This document shows positions 25,101 through 37,100 of a stretch of 64,000 bases of DNA, in pieces (within the stretch, counting starts at the first letter, position 1; each line of letters begins with the position of its first letter). The notes under the pieces were generated by a model. The model was not told where the DNA came from, ran no database searches, and worked only from the letters and a program-made list of their open reading frames with translations. Both the position numbers and the translations under genes were made by a program. Origin of the DNA: Phoronis australis (taxonomy: Eukaryota; Animalia; Phoronida); contig NMRA01000479.1 in NCBI GenBank assembly GCA_002633005.1, forward strand, positions 92,730 to 156,729, in the 5' to 3' direction.

Positions 25101-28100
25101 TAATAGTAATGGCTTCACTTTTATTGTTCACTGCTAACGCTATGAATGAAGCACCAGATTTGCCTTCTGATGAAATAATATTTGGAAAGCTTTTTTGCTT
25201 TGCACAAATGTTTATCGCCAAAATTTTCATTTTTAAGGACTGATCACAAAGTTTAACCAAATATTGTCTTATAACACCTAGATCGTCAAAGTCAAGCTAA
25301 TTATACGACACTTAGATCATGCAAGTCAAAATAATTATGATATTATAGAAGCTGCATTTCACACTGTTCATTTGGCTAAGAAACAAACATAGAATTGAGC
25401 CTTTTACTCTAAAAGTGATCTTAAAATACTTGTTACCAAGTCTGAATCAGTAACACCCCTCATGGGTGCAGTGGTAAGATTCCTAGCTAGTTACACCAGG
25501 CTGCAAAGCACCTAAGGGGTGTTGGTGAATAAAACACTAGGTAATGAGACCACTCTGCTACACCTAATGCTGGCAAGTGTCCGACCGCTTTCCCATTAGA
25601 GGCGAAACTTCGCTTTTATTGAAGTTTTTGTAAGTGGAAAAGGTTAACTCTGGTAGTTTTAAAATTAGATTAAAATCTGTTTGTGAAACTTCACTGAAAA
25701 TTGTAGGATTTAAAAGCGAAGCTTCGGTACTCACTTAAACTTCGGCATTGTGGGAACACTTAAAATAAAGCTTCGATGAAGTTATCAGTAGAGGTCGCGG
25801 CAACGATATACAGTCACGCGAGACTCACAAAACATGTTCTTTTGTTATTGCAGCGTACCAAACGTGCTCTCAATAGACGCACATTAATAATAGCATATCT
25901 GATGAAGAACGACACTCATCATTTTCATAAATGCTTGTAAGTAGCAGGAGAACAAATTTCAATCAGCCCCGAAGCCACTACTCAATATGCATTTGAAAAT
26001 ACAATTGAACTGAGTCGTCTGGTGTCAATATCATTGTCTAGTTGGAAAGGTAGGCGAAGTTCCCCTAGTAGGAAAGCTCTTTTAGAAAACAACACGCCTT
26101 AAGTGGTCTTGTTTTCATTTCATGGGTATTTCATTGATTTTGACCTCAAAAGAAATTGAGCAGGGGTTCCCCCATCCCCAGGTTATGGCGGGGGTATGCC
26201 GACCACACGGGCATTTCATTGATGTTGACCTAAAAAATTGGGCAGTGGTTTCCCCCTATCCCCGGGTTACGGCGGGGATGCGCTGACCACATTGGCATTT
26301 TGTTAATGATAACATAAAAATCGTGTAGGGTTTCCGCCCTATCCCCGGGTTGCGGCGAGGATACGCTGGCCACATGGGCATTCCACTGATGTTCACCTAA
26401 AAAATTGGGCAAGGATCCCCCCTGTCCCGGGTTACGGCGTGGGTGTGCCAGCCATGTTAGCATTTTGTTAACAAGATATTTATGTCCAAAAATGAAATGC
26501 AAACGAGACCCACTCTTTTTACACTTACGACGTGGTGTCAGCCAGTCCAACGAGATTAGACTACTTGGGATAAAATTGAACTGAGTTGAGCTGTCAGCCA
26601 GTCCGACGAGATTAGACTACTTGGCGGATAAAACTGAACTGAGTTGAGCTGTCAGCCAGTCCGACGAGATTAGACTACTTGGCGGATAAAACTGAACTGA
26701 GTTGAGCTGTCAGCCAGTCCGACGAGATTAGACTACTTGGCGGATAAAACTGAACTGAGTTGAGAGCTGTCTCAAACATGCAATATGAACTCAAGGCTTA
26801 AATTCATTATTTTCATATTGCATGAATCTCATCGTCTTCATTAGTAAAATATAGCAAATTTTCAGTGCATCATTTGTCGTGTCAATAAGCACATGAGTTG
26901 TTTGAGACTTAACACTGACTGGTTTTCCGTTCGAGGAGAAAGCAGCGGACGACTCTGCAAAGATCGAGTTTGTCATCTCATTTATATTATACCTCGTCAG
27001 CTCTCTAAATGTTACGGGTGTAAAAAGTTATTGAGAGAGTGGGAGGCCTTTGCTGCCGAAATAGTCTTCTATTTGTCGTTTTGACATTGTGACTTGTAGC
27101 AGTACCTACAGGAGATCTCACTATGAAGCGACAAGTTGGTATTACTAAGAGTGCTGATTCCCCCACACAGTTGAACATTTCGTTGCGGTAAAAGAGTAAT
27201 TTCACGGGGAATGATGGACATGACGTGGAATATTTGCTTGCTATTTTTAGGACTCGGAATCGAAGTGAGAATGTCTGCAGCCCGATTTGATTTGAGGTGA
27301 CTGTGAGTCGACATGGTAGTAGGTTTCCCGAAATAAATTTCTATTGTCATGTTGCAATAACACTCGCCAAGTTGGCAAATGGACTTAGTTTTACCATCGC
27401 CAGTGCTGCTCAGAATTCACCAATAGCTAGCTGGCGAGCGGCTACCATGAGGCTAGTTACTTATTGTTCATTTTCTGACTTTGAGACTCGTACGTTAAAC
27501 AGGCATGTTGGTTTACTACCACAATTATCTCATCCAGCACGTCCAGCCAAACCCATGAGTAGCGACTAACTCATTCCAATCCGTGACAGCGCCATCAAGC
27601 CTTTGACGTGCCAAGAATTTCACTGGATACTATGGAGTAAACGGTGCACACTTTCTTGTACAGAACTCACTTCATACATTGATGTCTAAACATGGATATT
27701 GTGCGTTTTTTGTAGAACTCACTTGATTCGTTAATGTTTAAGCTTGGATATTGTTTGTAGAACTCATCTGATGCCTTTCAAGAGTGCCACCAACAGTCAG
27801 CTGTGTGCCATATTTGATGTTGAGGAGAACAACAGAATTCACTGGAAGCGTGTCATAGGTACACAATTTTTGGTTTCATTGCAAAATGGTGATTTTGCCA
27901 AACATAAGTTTGTGTTGGAAATGCTATCCTGTTTGACTTACTGTTCACCACCTGGTCCGATGATCTTTGAATATTTACTTTTAAATCATGAAAAGTCATG
28001 TATTAGTTCTTATGCTTTAAAAAGTTCTTCAAACACCTGAAAAGTTCGTTAATGTCCCTAAAATCTTGCCACCGCCAGTTTAAAGTGTTGAAAGGAGGTA

Positions 28101-31100
28101 AAACTGAGCTAAAAACAGATGTAAATTTGAATTAGCCAAACTTTTATTTGCACAATTTTCTTTGTTCTATTATTGTTTCAAGTTATTTACAAAGGTGTTT
28201 GTTGTTGTATAGGTGGTTTGTTGCTGTGTGTGGATGGGACACTCACTGAGAAGATCTTGCTCATGTTTACAGTTGTAAGTGTGTTAGTAAGAGATTGGTT
28301 GGTTAGGGGTTTGTTTGTTAGATCTTTGGTTACTGTGTTAGTAAGGGTTTGATTGATCTTTGATGAACTTTATATTTTGACATTGTCAGTTTTTGCTACA
28401 TTATGCACACGGAGCCCATCAGCCTGTATGTGAAGGGACGTGGCTCCTGTATGCAATGGCGCTCCTGTATGCGACACAACATCTGTGTGCGATGCCGTGC
28501 CAGTTTGCAATGCTGCACCTGTGGCGATGCCTCGCCTGTGGGGATGCTGCACCAGTGTTTTGTTCAATGGCATGAAGTCCTACATTATTTCCATTTTAAA
28601 GAAAAATTGCTGTCATCATACACAAATTTAACATATTATCTACAGCTTTCCATCAAACAAAATAAAACATTGTTGATACTTCAACTCATAACCTAATAAA
28701 TAAATATTTATGGTATGTTGGTTTACAGTTTAGTTTAATTGTTAAGTGCTCTATAAAACTGATGATTATCGAAAGTTTGTCAATTTATGAAAGATGTATT
28801 GGCCCTAGCAGGTAATAGTCATGCAAATAAACTATTGGCCTTCACTTCTTTGGTCAAGGCTCATTTTATAATTACTCATTATTCAAATAGGCTATAAGTA
28901 AGTGTGTTCTGAACTAGTAGTCCCGTGAGGTATGTTGTTTATAATGTGAATGGAATTTGTTTTTGTCTAAACTTATCAACTCAAGGTGATGTAGGACCAT
29001 ATTGACAAGTCTGCACATTGAGGCAAAAATCTTCAAAATTATGGAATTCAACTTAGAAAGGATACAATACATTAAATACTGCAATATTAGCCTTGAATGG
29101 GAGATACAACCGTGTAATAACCCATCTAGTTATCTCACTAGTGAGATAACATTTTGGCGGGAAACCGAGGCCGGATTCGAACCTGGGCTTCAAGCGTTTC
29201 GAGTCGCCGACTTTACCACTACACCACTTAGCGTCTGACATCATTGAACGTGAAAATAGAATACTTGAATGAGCAATGTTCAGCAAAGGGCATTGCACCG
29301 ACATTTATATGATATGAAAAATAAAACCCATAATTTCCATAAAAACGATATTTTAATTCAGTGAAATTTTTCTCGTGTTCTTTCACTTGTAAATCACCGA
29401 TCTCCAATTTGAATGCAGGTGTCGTGTGGTCGGTATCCTTTGACTTGAGCATTATACTCAGTTACTATTGGTAACCTACTTTAGCAGACGATATTTTCCC
29501 GGTCGAAGCTTAGCATGATAAAATGTGTAGTAAGCTAGTTGCTAAACCCTAATTTATAGATTCACTTTATTTCTATTTTGTTTAAATTTTTCAATTGGTT
29601 TTGAGTATAAGCATTATTTGACAAAAATAGCTCGGCTTTTCTTAAAAGGTCACGACCTCCGACCCTGGGCCTCTGACATAGAAAGTAGTTACAAACCCGA
29701 GGCGAGTCGAAAAAGGTAGATCGATTCATTGCAATGTCTCTCGTTCAGTACGTGGTATAGATAGATTATTACGTGTTCTCAGTCGTTATCCCCCTTATCT
29801 AGAGCCCTCGTGGATTTTGGAGGATTATCACCCTCGGGGCTAATGCCCCTCGGGCGATAATTCTCCAAAATCCACTCGGGCTCTAGATAACGAGGGATAA
29901 CGACTTCGCCATGTAATAATCTATATTTATCTGAATTAAGTAAAAAGCCCGAGGAATTAGTTTGTTGACATTTTACTAAATGGGTCAGGTTACAGTTTTA
30001 TAAAATATTTCTTTTTTGTTTGATGCAGTTTCAGTTTTTTCTGGAAAGTATATAGATGTCATTTTTTGGTAGCCCTCATGCCAAGGTTGAGATTTAAAAA
30101 AACTTCTGTCAGCGTTATGGAGAACAGTGCTTAAAGCATAGTATCAACAATTTGCATATGAATCCAGAGCTCTCACTAAACTGAGCAAAAATTGGTGGTG
30201 TTCTTTACTGACGGGAATTTTAGCCATTTTACTCAGAGAGGAATTTTTGTGATGTTGCTTTACTGCACTCAGGGGTGGATCCAGGATTTTGAGTTGGGGG
30301 GGGTATTAGCCAGGATTTTACCCGCCAGACATTCTCACTCATGAACTGCCAAATGGAATCTGAAAGAATTTAAGGGGAGGGGGCTAGTAAGTCACTCTAG
30401 GGAGTGAAGATGACCTGTTGTCACATTATAGCTGATTCATCAGTCTAGCAACGACTTCGCCGTTCACAAGCGGTGTATAACTGTGTTTTACACTTAACCT
30501 GGCGCATGAGGCCAACACCAGTGATTCATTTTCGCAGAAGCACACAACAGTGGAGTTATTACTAAACATCCAGCATCGGGCAAAATAGCTTGTGAAACTA
30601 CTAGGTACTACTCACACCTTAAAGTGAGTTAAGCAACCCCCACTTTATACGACAGAATAAACTGTGTCACAATAATTATGAATGGTTTACCTAAACAATG
30701 TTTTTAATTTCTCCCAGCAGTGTATAGTGTTACTTATCTTTAAAATTTGACCATTCTGTCCTTGCACCTTCGCGAATAGACAAGAAGAGCAATACTTAAC
30801 TGTTCTTCTGACAGCGTTGCTGACCACAGTAAATAATCCCTGATTAGCTTGCTGTTTGAGTGTGGTCTGCTTGAGACTGCTTCTGAGAGGAGTGCACACC
30901 AACTTCATCTGTGAAAAGGCACTTTCCTGTATATTTCTATGCTCCGACGCATGGCTTTTTGTATTTTCTTCTAACTTGTGGAAGTTGTTTGTTTGCGATT
31001 TTTGGACGCGTGGAAGTTTTCTTTTAGTTTTGTGTTTTCAATACGTGAAAGTGAAATATCGCAAATTTGTTCTAACTCTCCTGTGTCTGGCACTTGCTTT

Positions 31101-34100
31101 ACAAGGAAACGACTTTGTAAAATCTCTATTTTATGATAGCCTGGTGACTAAAGTCAGTGGGTCAGGTTGTCTGAGGTTAAAACCTTGAGGGAAATTTTTG
31201 ATCATTCACTGGGTATTTTTTAATTTTTTTGAGAGAGGGAGAATAACAACTTGAAGCTAGTGTTAAATGAGTACATCTGTGACATGCACTGAGACAATGA
31301 TTACATCTGTCACATGCACTGAGACAATGAGTACATCTGTCACGTGCACTGAGACAGTGAGTGCATCTGTCATGTGCACTGAGACAATGAGTACATCTGT
31401 TACGTGCACTGAGACAATGAGTACATCTGTGACATGCACTGAGACAGTGAGTACATCTGTGACATGCACTGAGACAATGAGTACATCTGTGACGTGCACT
31501 AAGACAATGAGTACATCTGTCACGTGCACTGAGTCAATGATTACATCTGTCACGTGCACTGAGACAGTGAGTACATCTGTCACGTGCACTGTGACAACGA
31601 GTACATCTGTGACGTGCACTGAGACAGTGAGTACATCTGTCAAATGCACTGAGACAATGAGTACATCTGTCACGTGCACTAAGACAGTGAGTTCCTTAAG
31701 TTTGTTCCTATATCATCAGCTGTGCGTCAGATGAATTGCAGTCTTATAAATTTGAAAACGCCTCTCTTGCATGTTTGCTCAATTTTTGCGTAATGATGGC
31801 ATGAAAAAAGAGTGAACTATAAGGTGGTCTGATGTCATTTATGGTGCATCAACATGCACTGCCCTCACATTTGGGCCCATTGCACAAAACACCATAAGCT
31901 AAAACCACAAAGAGCCCTGTTATTGATCAACAGGTTCTTTGTGAAGGAAGTTTTCAGGTCTGCCTTTAAGAAAACAGATTTTCCCATTTGTTGCCATGCA
32001 ATATGTCTTGTAGGCATGTAACTATGCCATCCAGTAGCTTACTCCTTAGCTTACAAAAAGCTGGACAAGACTCTACCAGGTGTTTAGTGGTTTCAACTTC
32101 ACATTGCTCCCCATATGCCCAGTGATGTGCCTGTGTCTGACTAGGTTGCAGTGAACTGTCAAAATTTGAATAACGTGTCTTACGCCAAACCTATCAAGAC
32201 TCGGAGGGTTTTTTTAACCTTTTTTGGTTTTAATCACAATGAGAAAGTTTTCCTTGGTTTCTCTGTCAATTAAAATATGGCAGGACAATACTGGTCTGTT
32301 GTTTAAAGCTCAAAAGCCATGACAAGATGACTGACCAACCCATGCAAGTCTCTAAGTCGTTGATAAGTGAGTCTTGATTTTATTATTTTAGAATAAATTG
32401 CCACGAAAAGGTGTCTCAAAGTCTGAACTCTGCCGTGTGTTAACAGAAGTGTTACAAGCAACTGACAGGTGAGAATGACAGCCACCTCATTTAGTGCCTT
32501 CTTTTAAACCATGTTTAGGGGCTGAAACTTGTGTTTTGCTTCCTTAAGAGGGAGTTACTGTTTCTAACTGCACATGATAGAACTTGAGCGACTGGAGTGC
32601 ATTGATTGCTTGTACTGGAGTTTGACGTTTTGTGAGTTTTGCGTAATTAACACTGCAGGGAACTTTAAGTTGTATATTGATTTTGCATTTAGTGATCCAA
32701 CTTACGCTGTTATTTTTTTATAATTTTTACCATTACTGAAATTCCAAGAAAAGTGGTGGACTTAGGAAGGTGTGTTAAGGAGTCATTATGCAATTTATGA
32801 CCACAATAATTTGATATCAGCTTTCTTGTGAAACGTTGTTTCAATAAATAATGAACTAAAAGTAAAAGCGCATCAGTTCAAATAATAGGTTAATATATTA
32901 GAAGTCTGTTTCTATTGACGATGTTGCATCTCTCTGTGATCTACGGAAGAAGTGATACAATTTTTATATTATAATAAGCATTAAAAGTTTGTGTGTTCCA
33001 TCACCACATTTCTTTGACACTTTGTTTTGCTTGTTTTTCCAGAATATTCCTCATACTTGGCAAGTGCCACGACGACAAGTGTAAGTTGTTTACTGTAAAC
33101 TTCATTTCTCCTGTGGCATGTTTCGGCTGGTGTTGACGACACCAGTAGGTGATTGCAGACTACACGACACCTCATATTCCTTGCTGTTTAGTTGATTGTA
33201 GAGGACTTAACATTTAGTATACAAGGATCTTAATATTTTTGTTTTTTTTTGGAAATCCATTTCAGTACAGGCTGTGAATTTTTATGGGCCCACATATTTA
33301 TAGGTGGGCACATGCCATGATCATCATTGTCTGTCCGTCCGTCCATCCGTCCGTCCGTTTTTCTGTCCGTACATTTGGTGTCTGTCTGGCATATGCTGTT
33401 GTATATACAAGAACCCTTGAAGTATGTTCATGAAATTTTGCAGATATGTCCCCTTCATGGATGGGACAGTATGAGCAAATTTTTCTGATGTATAGGAGTC
33501 AGGGCTTGGAATTTTCCGCGGAAACGCGGATTCCCGCTTTTTTCAAATGTTCTGTCCGCGTATTTTATTATATTTCCGCGTTTCCGCGTAAAAAAAATCG
33601 GATTTGACATAAAATTTCCGCGGCAAATTTCTTTCTTACCGCCGTGTTGCCGACGACTTTCACCTCGAAAAGCTCTTTATGTTTCGGAGGAACGTAAATT
33701 GTCAACATTGCCGGGGCATCTGGGATAGCGTGGTGGATTTCCTCAATTGCGGCTCGTGTGATTGTAAACCGCGGCGACAAATACTACGACTCTGCAGCCA
33801 AAAATGTTTGGAGGCGGGAGTGGCGAACGAGCTAAGACAGACGCACGCTGCCGAAGGTGGTATCGTTTTTTTTTAGTCTCGATTTTTGTCGGCAAAAGAT
33901 CCACACCGACTTTTTCAAGGCTGCCTGCGCGCGTGTTTCGGGCCGTAAAAATTTCCGCTTTTTTCGCCATTTGCCATTCCAAGCCCTGAGGAGTACCAGT
34001 GTGGCCCCTAGTGGGAATTTTGTTTTTTTACGTTCGCATCTGTATCTTCAGAGTTCCTTAACCAATTTTATGAAATTTGGCAAATGTATTATCTATTAGG

Positions 34101-37100
34101 AAGATGACACCACTTTCAAGTTTTCGTATGGATTCGATGTGTTGGTGCCACCTAATAGCCATTTGTACTGTTTTTTTGCCGTCTGACGCTCTATATACCG
34201 AACCATTGTAAGGTTGAATATTCCTACTAGGAAAAGAACACCTGACGATGATTTTTGGACATTTCTAACTACAGTCTTCTCCAAGTGGCAATTGCATCCA
34301 TGGCTGTATCTCCTAAACCCTCTGCAGCTTCTTTGTTAAATTTGACGAAGGTGACAACAACTTTCGAAATCATTCAACTTCCACTGTGCCCCTTAAGGTA
34401 ATTTTATTATTTTTCCATTTTGCTCTTTATCATTGAAGTTCCTGGACAAACTTTTTATTGAATTTGAAAGATTTCTATTAAAAGAGGTAATGACATCTTT
34501 CGTTTTCAGATGGATTTGACTTAGTGCACGCCCCCTAGTTGTCGTTTTTATGTGTCCACATATTTATGTGTGGACCCATTATGCCGTCATCTCTGTCCAG
34601 GTGGCATCCGTACGGCGTCCGTCCAGCGTCCGTCCGGCGTCCGGCATCCGCTGCTCTATCTCCAAAACCGTTTGACGTATGTTCATGAAATTTTGCACGT
34701 GTTCTTTTCATGGATGGGACAGCATGAGGGAACTTTCGGACAGATTCGAACACCAGTCTGCCCCCTAGTGCCAATTTTAGTTTTTTACACTTACCTCTAT
34801 ATCTTCAAAGGTCTTCCGCGTATTTATATAAAATTTGGCATGTGGACATCTATTAGTAAGATGATGCTATCCACCCGTTTTCGGTTAGATTCGACATAAT
34901 TTTGTGCCTCCTAGTGGCCATTTTTACTGTTTTCCAGTATGTTTTTAGTCATCCACCCCTCTATCAACCAATCCGCTCTAAGGATGATTATGGAAATTGG
35001 CATGTATGTTCTTACTATGAAGGGGACGGCTGACGATGATTTTCCAACGATTTCTAGTGGCAGTTTTTTTTTGCACCTCTGGCTGTATCTCCTGAACCGT
35101 CTGCAGGATCTTTACTAACTTTAATAAGTGCATTATTATATGATGTTGGCAAAGGATGACGACGACTTTCGGACGGATTTGGTTACTGGTGTACCCCCTG
35201 TTGGCAATTTTATTTTTTTACGTTAAACTCTGTATCTTCAAAGGTCCTCAATGTATTTTCAAAAAAATTGGCGTACATGCTTCTGTTAGTGTGGTGACGC
35301 TATCTTTTGGTTTTCAGATGGATTTGACTTAGTTTGCGCCATCTAAGAGCCATTTTTACTGTTGTTGAGTTGTTTGAGTTGTTTTTTGGCGTCCACCCCT
35401 CTATCAGCCAAATCATTCTAAGGATCCGATGTTTTTGAAAATTGGCGTTCATGTTCTCTGTGTGAAGAGGATGATTGACGATGACAATTTTGACTACTGT
35501 GGCGCCTCCAGTGGTAGTTTTGTTTTGTTTCGTTTTGCGTCCATAGCTGTATCTCCTAAACTCACTGCTGGGTCTTTATTAAATTTAGTAAGTGTATTTA
35601 TATGAAACTAACAACAGACAATGACGACTTTCAGGCGGATCCAATGAACGCTGTCCCCCCTAGTGGCAGTTTTCATTTTATTCTGTTTTCCTTTGTTGCT
35701 CTGAAGTTCCATGACAGATTTCTATGAAATTTGGTGAATAGCTTTCTATTAAAGAAGTTATGACATGTTCCCATTTTCGGATGGATTGTACGTTTTTGTG
35801 CCATCTAGTGGCCATTTTTATGACCAATAAACAACCCTAAAAGCACACCGTTTGCTATGCATTTGTGGGCGCATTTCAACGCTCTGTGTTGCTCTTGTTA
35901 TTGTTTTTAATGTGTTTTGGCATCCGCATCTTTGTTGGCCAAGCCGCTCTTAGGATGATTATGAAAACTGACAACAGTCTGCAGGATCTGTTAAATTTGG
36001 ATGTTGTTTTCGTATGAAGGTGACAACAGATGACAATGACATTTGAACGGAACTGACTACTGCTGTTTCCCCTAGTGGCAATTTTATTTTCTCGGTTTTG
36101 CTCTAATTTTGGAGTTCCTTGATGGATTTTCATTGAATTTATGTAATAAATTTCTGTTAATGAGGTAATAACAGCTTTTCTTGTTACACGTCTTTGTGCT
36201 CGTTTTTTGTTATGTTTTAATGGCTACTTTGTTTTTGTTATGTTTTAATGGCTACTTTGTTTTTGTTATGTTTTAATGGCTACTTTGTTTTTGTTATGTT
36301 TTAATGGCTACTTTGTTTTTGTTATGTTTTAATGGCTACTACTGTAAGTCATTATGAAAAATGGTAAATGCGCTCCTACTGAGAAGAGCATGGTTGACTT
36401 TTGGACAGTTTTGACTACTGTGGCATACCCTAGTGGCAGTTTGCTTTTTTGCATTTGTGGCTGTTTCCCTTGTTAGGATTTTTGTGAATTTGGCATGTGC
36501 ATTTCTATGAGCTGAAGAACAGATGACAAAGTTTGAATGTATCTGACTACCAACGTGCACTCCAGTGCCAGTTTTGACTTTTTTATGGTCTTGGCCAGTG
36601 TATTCCTATTGAGGAGAGCATTGGTAATTTGCTATGCACCTGCTAGAGCCTAATATTCTAAGTTTACTAACATTGCTCTGCTAATGTTAAAAACGGGCTG
36701 AGTCTACTACAAGACTGGCTGAGTACTGGTGGCCAACGTCTTCTTGACAAGTCAAGTGAAAATTTGTGACCTGTGCTGTAGGAGGTCATGGAGGTTCTGT
36801 TTACCTAACGTTCACAAGCAGCAACGCCAGAAATATCTGACATAGGCAGTGCGCATGCGCAGCCAGCAGCTAACTATTCCTCCACAGAAATACACACAAG
36901 AAGGGGTTTTCCAAGGAATTTTGATTTAGGGGAGACAACTCTTGCAATTTGCCGATAGCTAGCGAGAAAAACACAGATCTAAGGATTCATTATGCTGAAT
37001 ATTGGTGAAGATTTTTCGGTGTCCATTGAAGTTTGAAGTTTGCCCATGTTGATAGTACACAGTCAATCGCCCGGAAGGCAAATTTTGAGCCCAAACTCAT

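Larger units (their letters stand above)
33279..36190 (+). mobile_element. Helentron/HINE-like element A, host of two nested insertions
   Basis: 5' TTTTTATGGGCCCACAT..GTGGGC stem, (GTCC)n microsatellite, CCCTAGTGG core repeats; the core resumes after 35899. 3' end uncertain. Confidence 0.6.

Noticed and set aside
26536-26771. Regular repeats resembling a CRISPR array (also 50713-51088, 58479-58701)
   Set aside because: Head-to-tail units with no unique spacers, no cas genes, eukaryotic context.
29162-29233. Functional tRNA-Ser(CGA)
   Set aside because: Acceptor and T stems are mismatched and there is no proper long variable arm.
31263-31734. 155-aa and 138-aa repetitive ORFs (TSVTCTETMS / VHVTDVLIVS)
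   Set aside because: Translations of a 30-bp intronic minisatellite, open on both strands, with no convincing splice sites.
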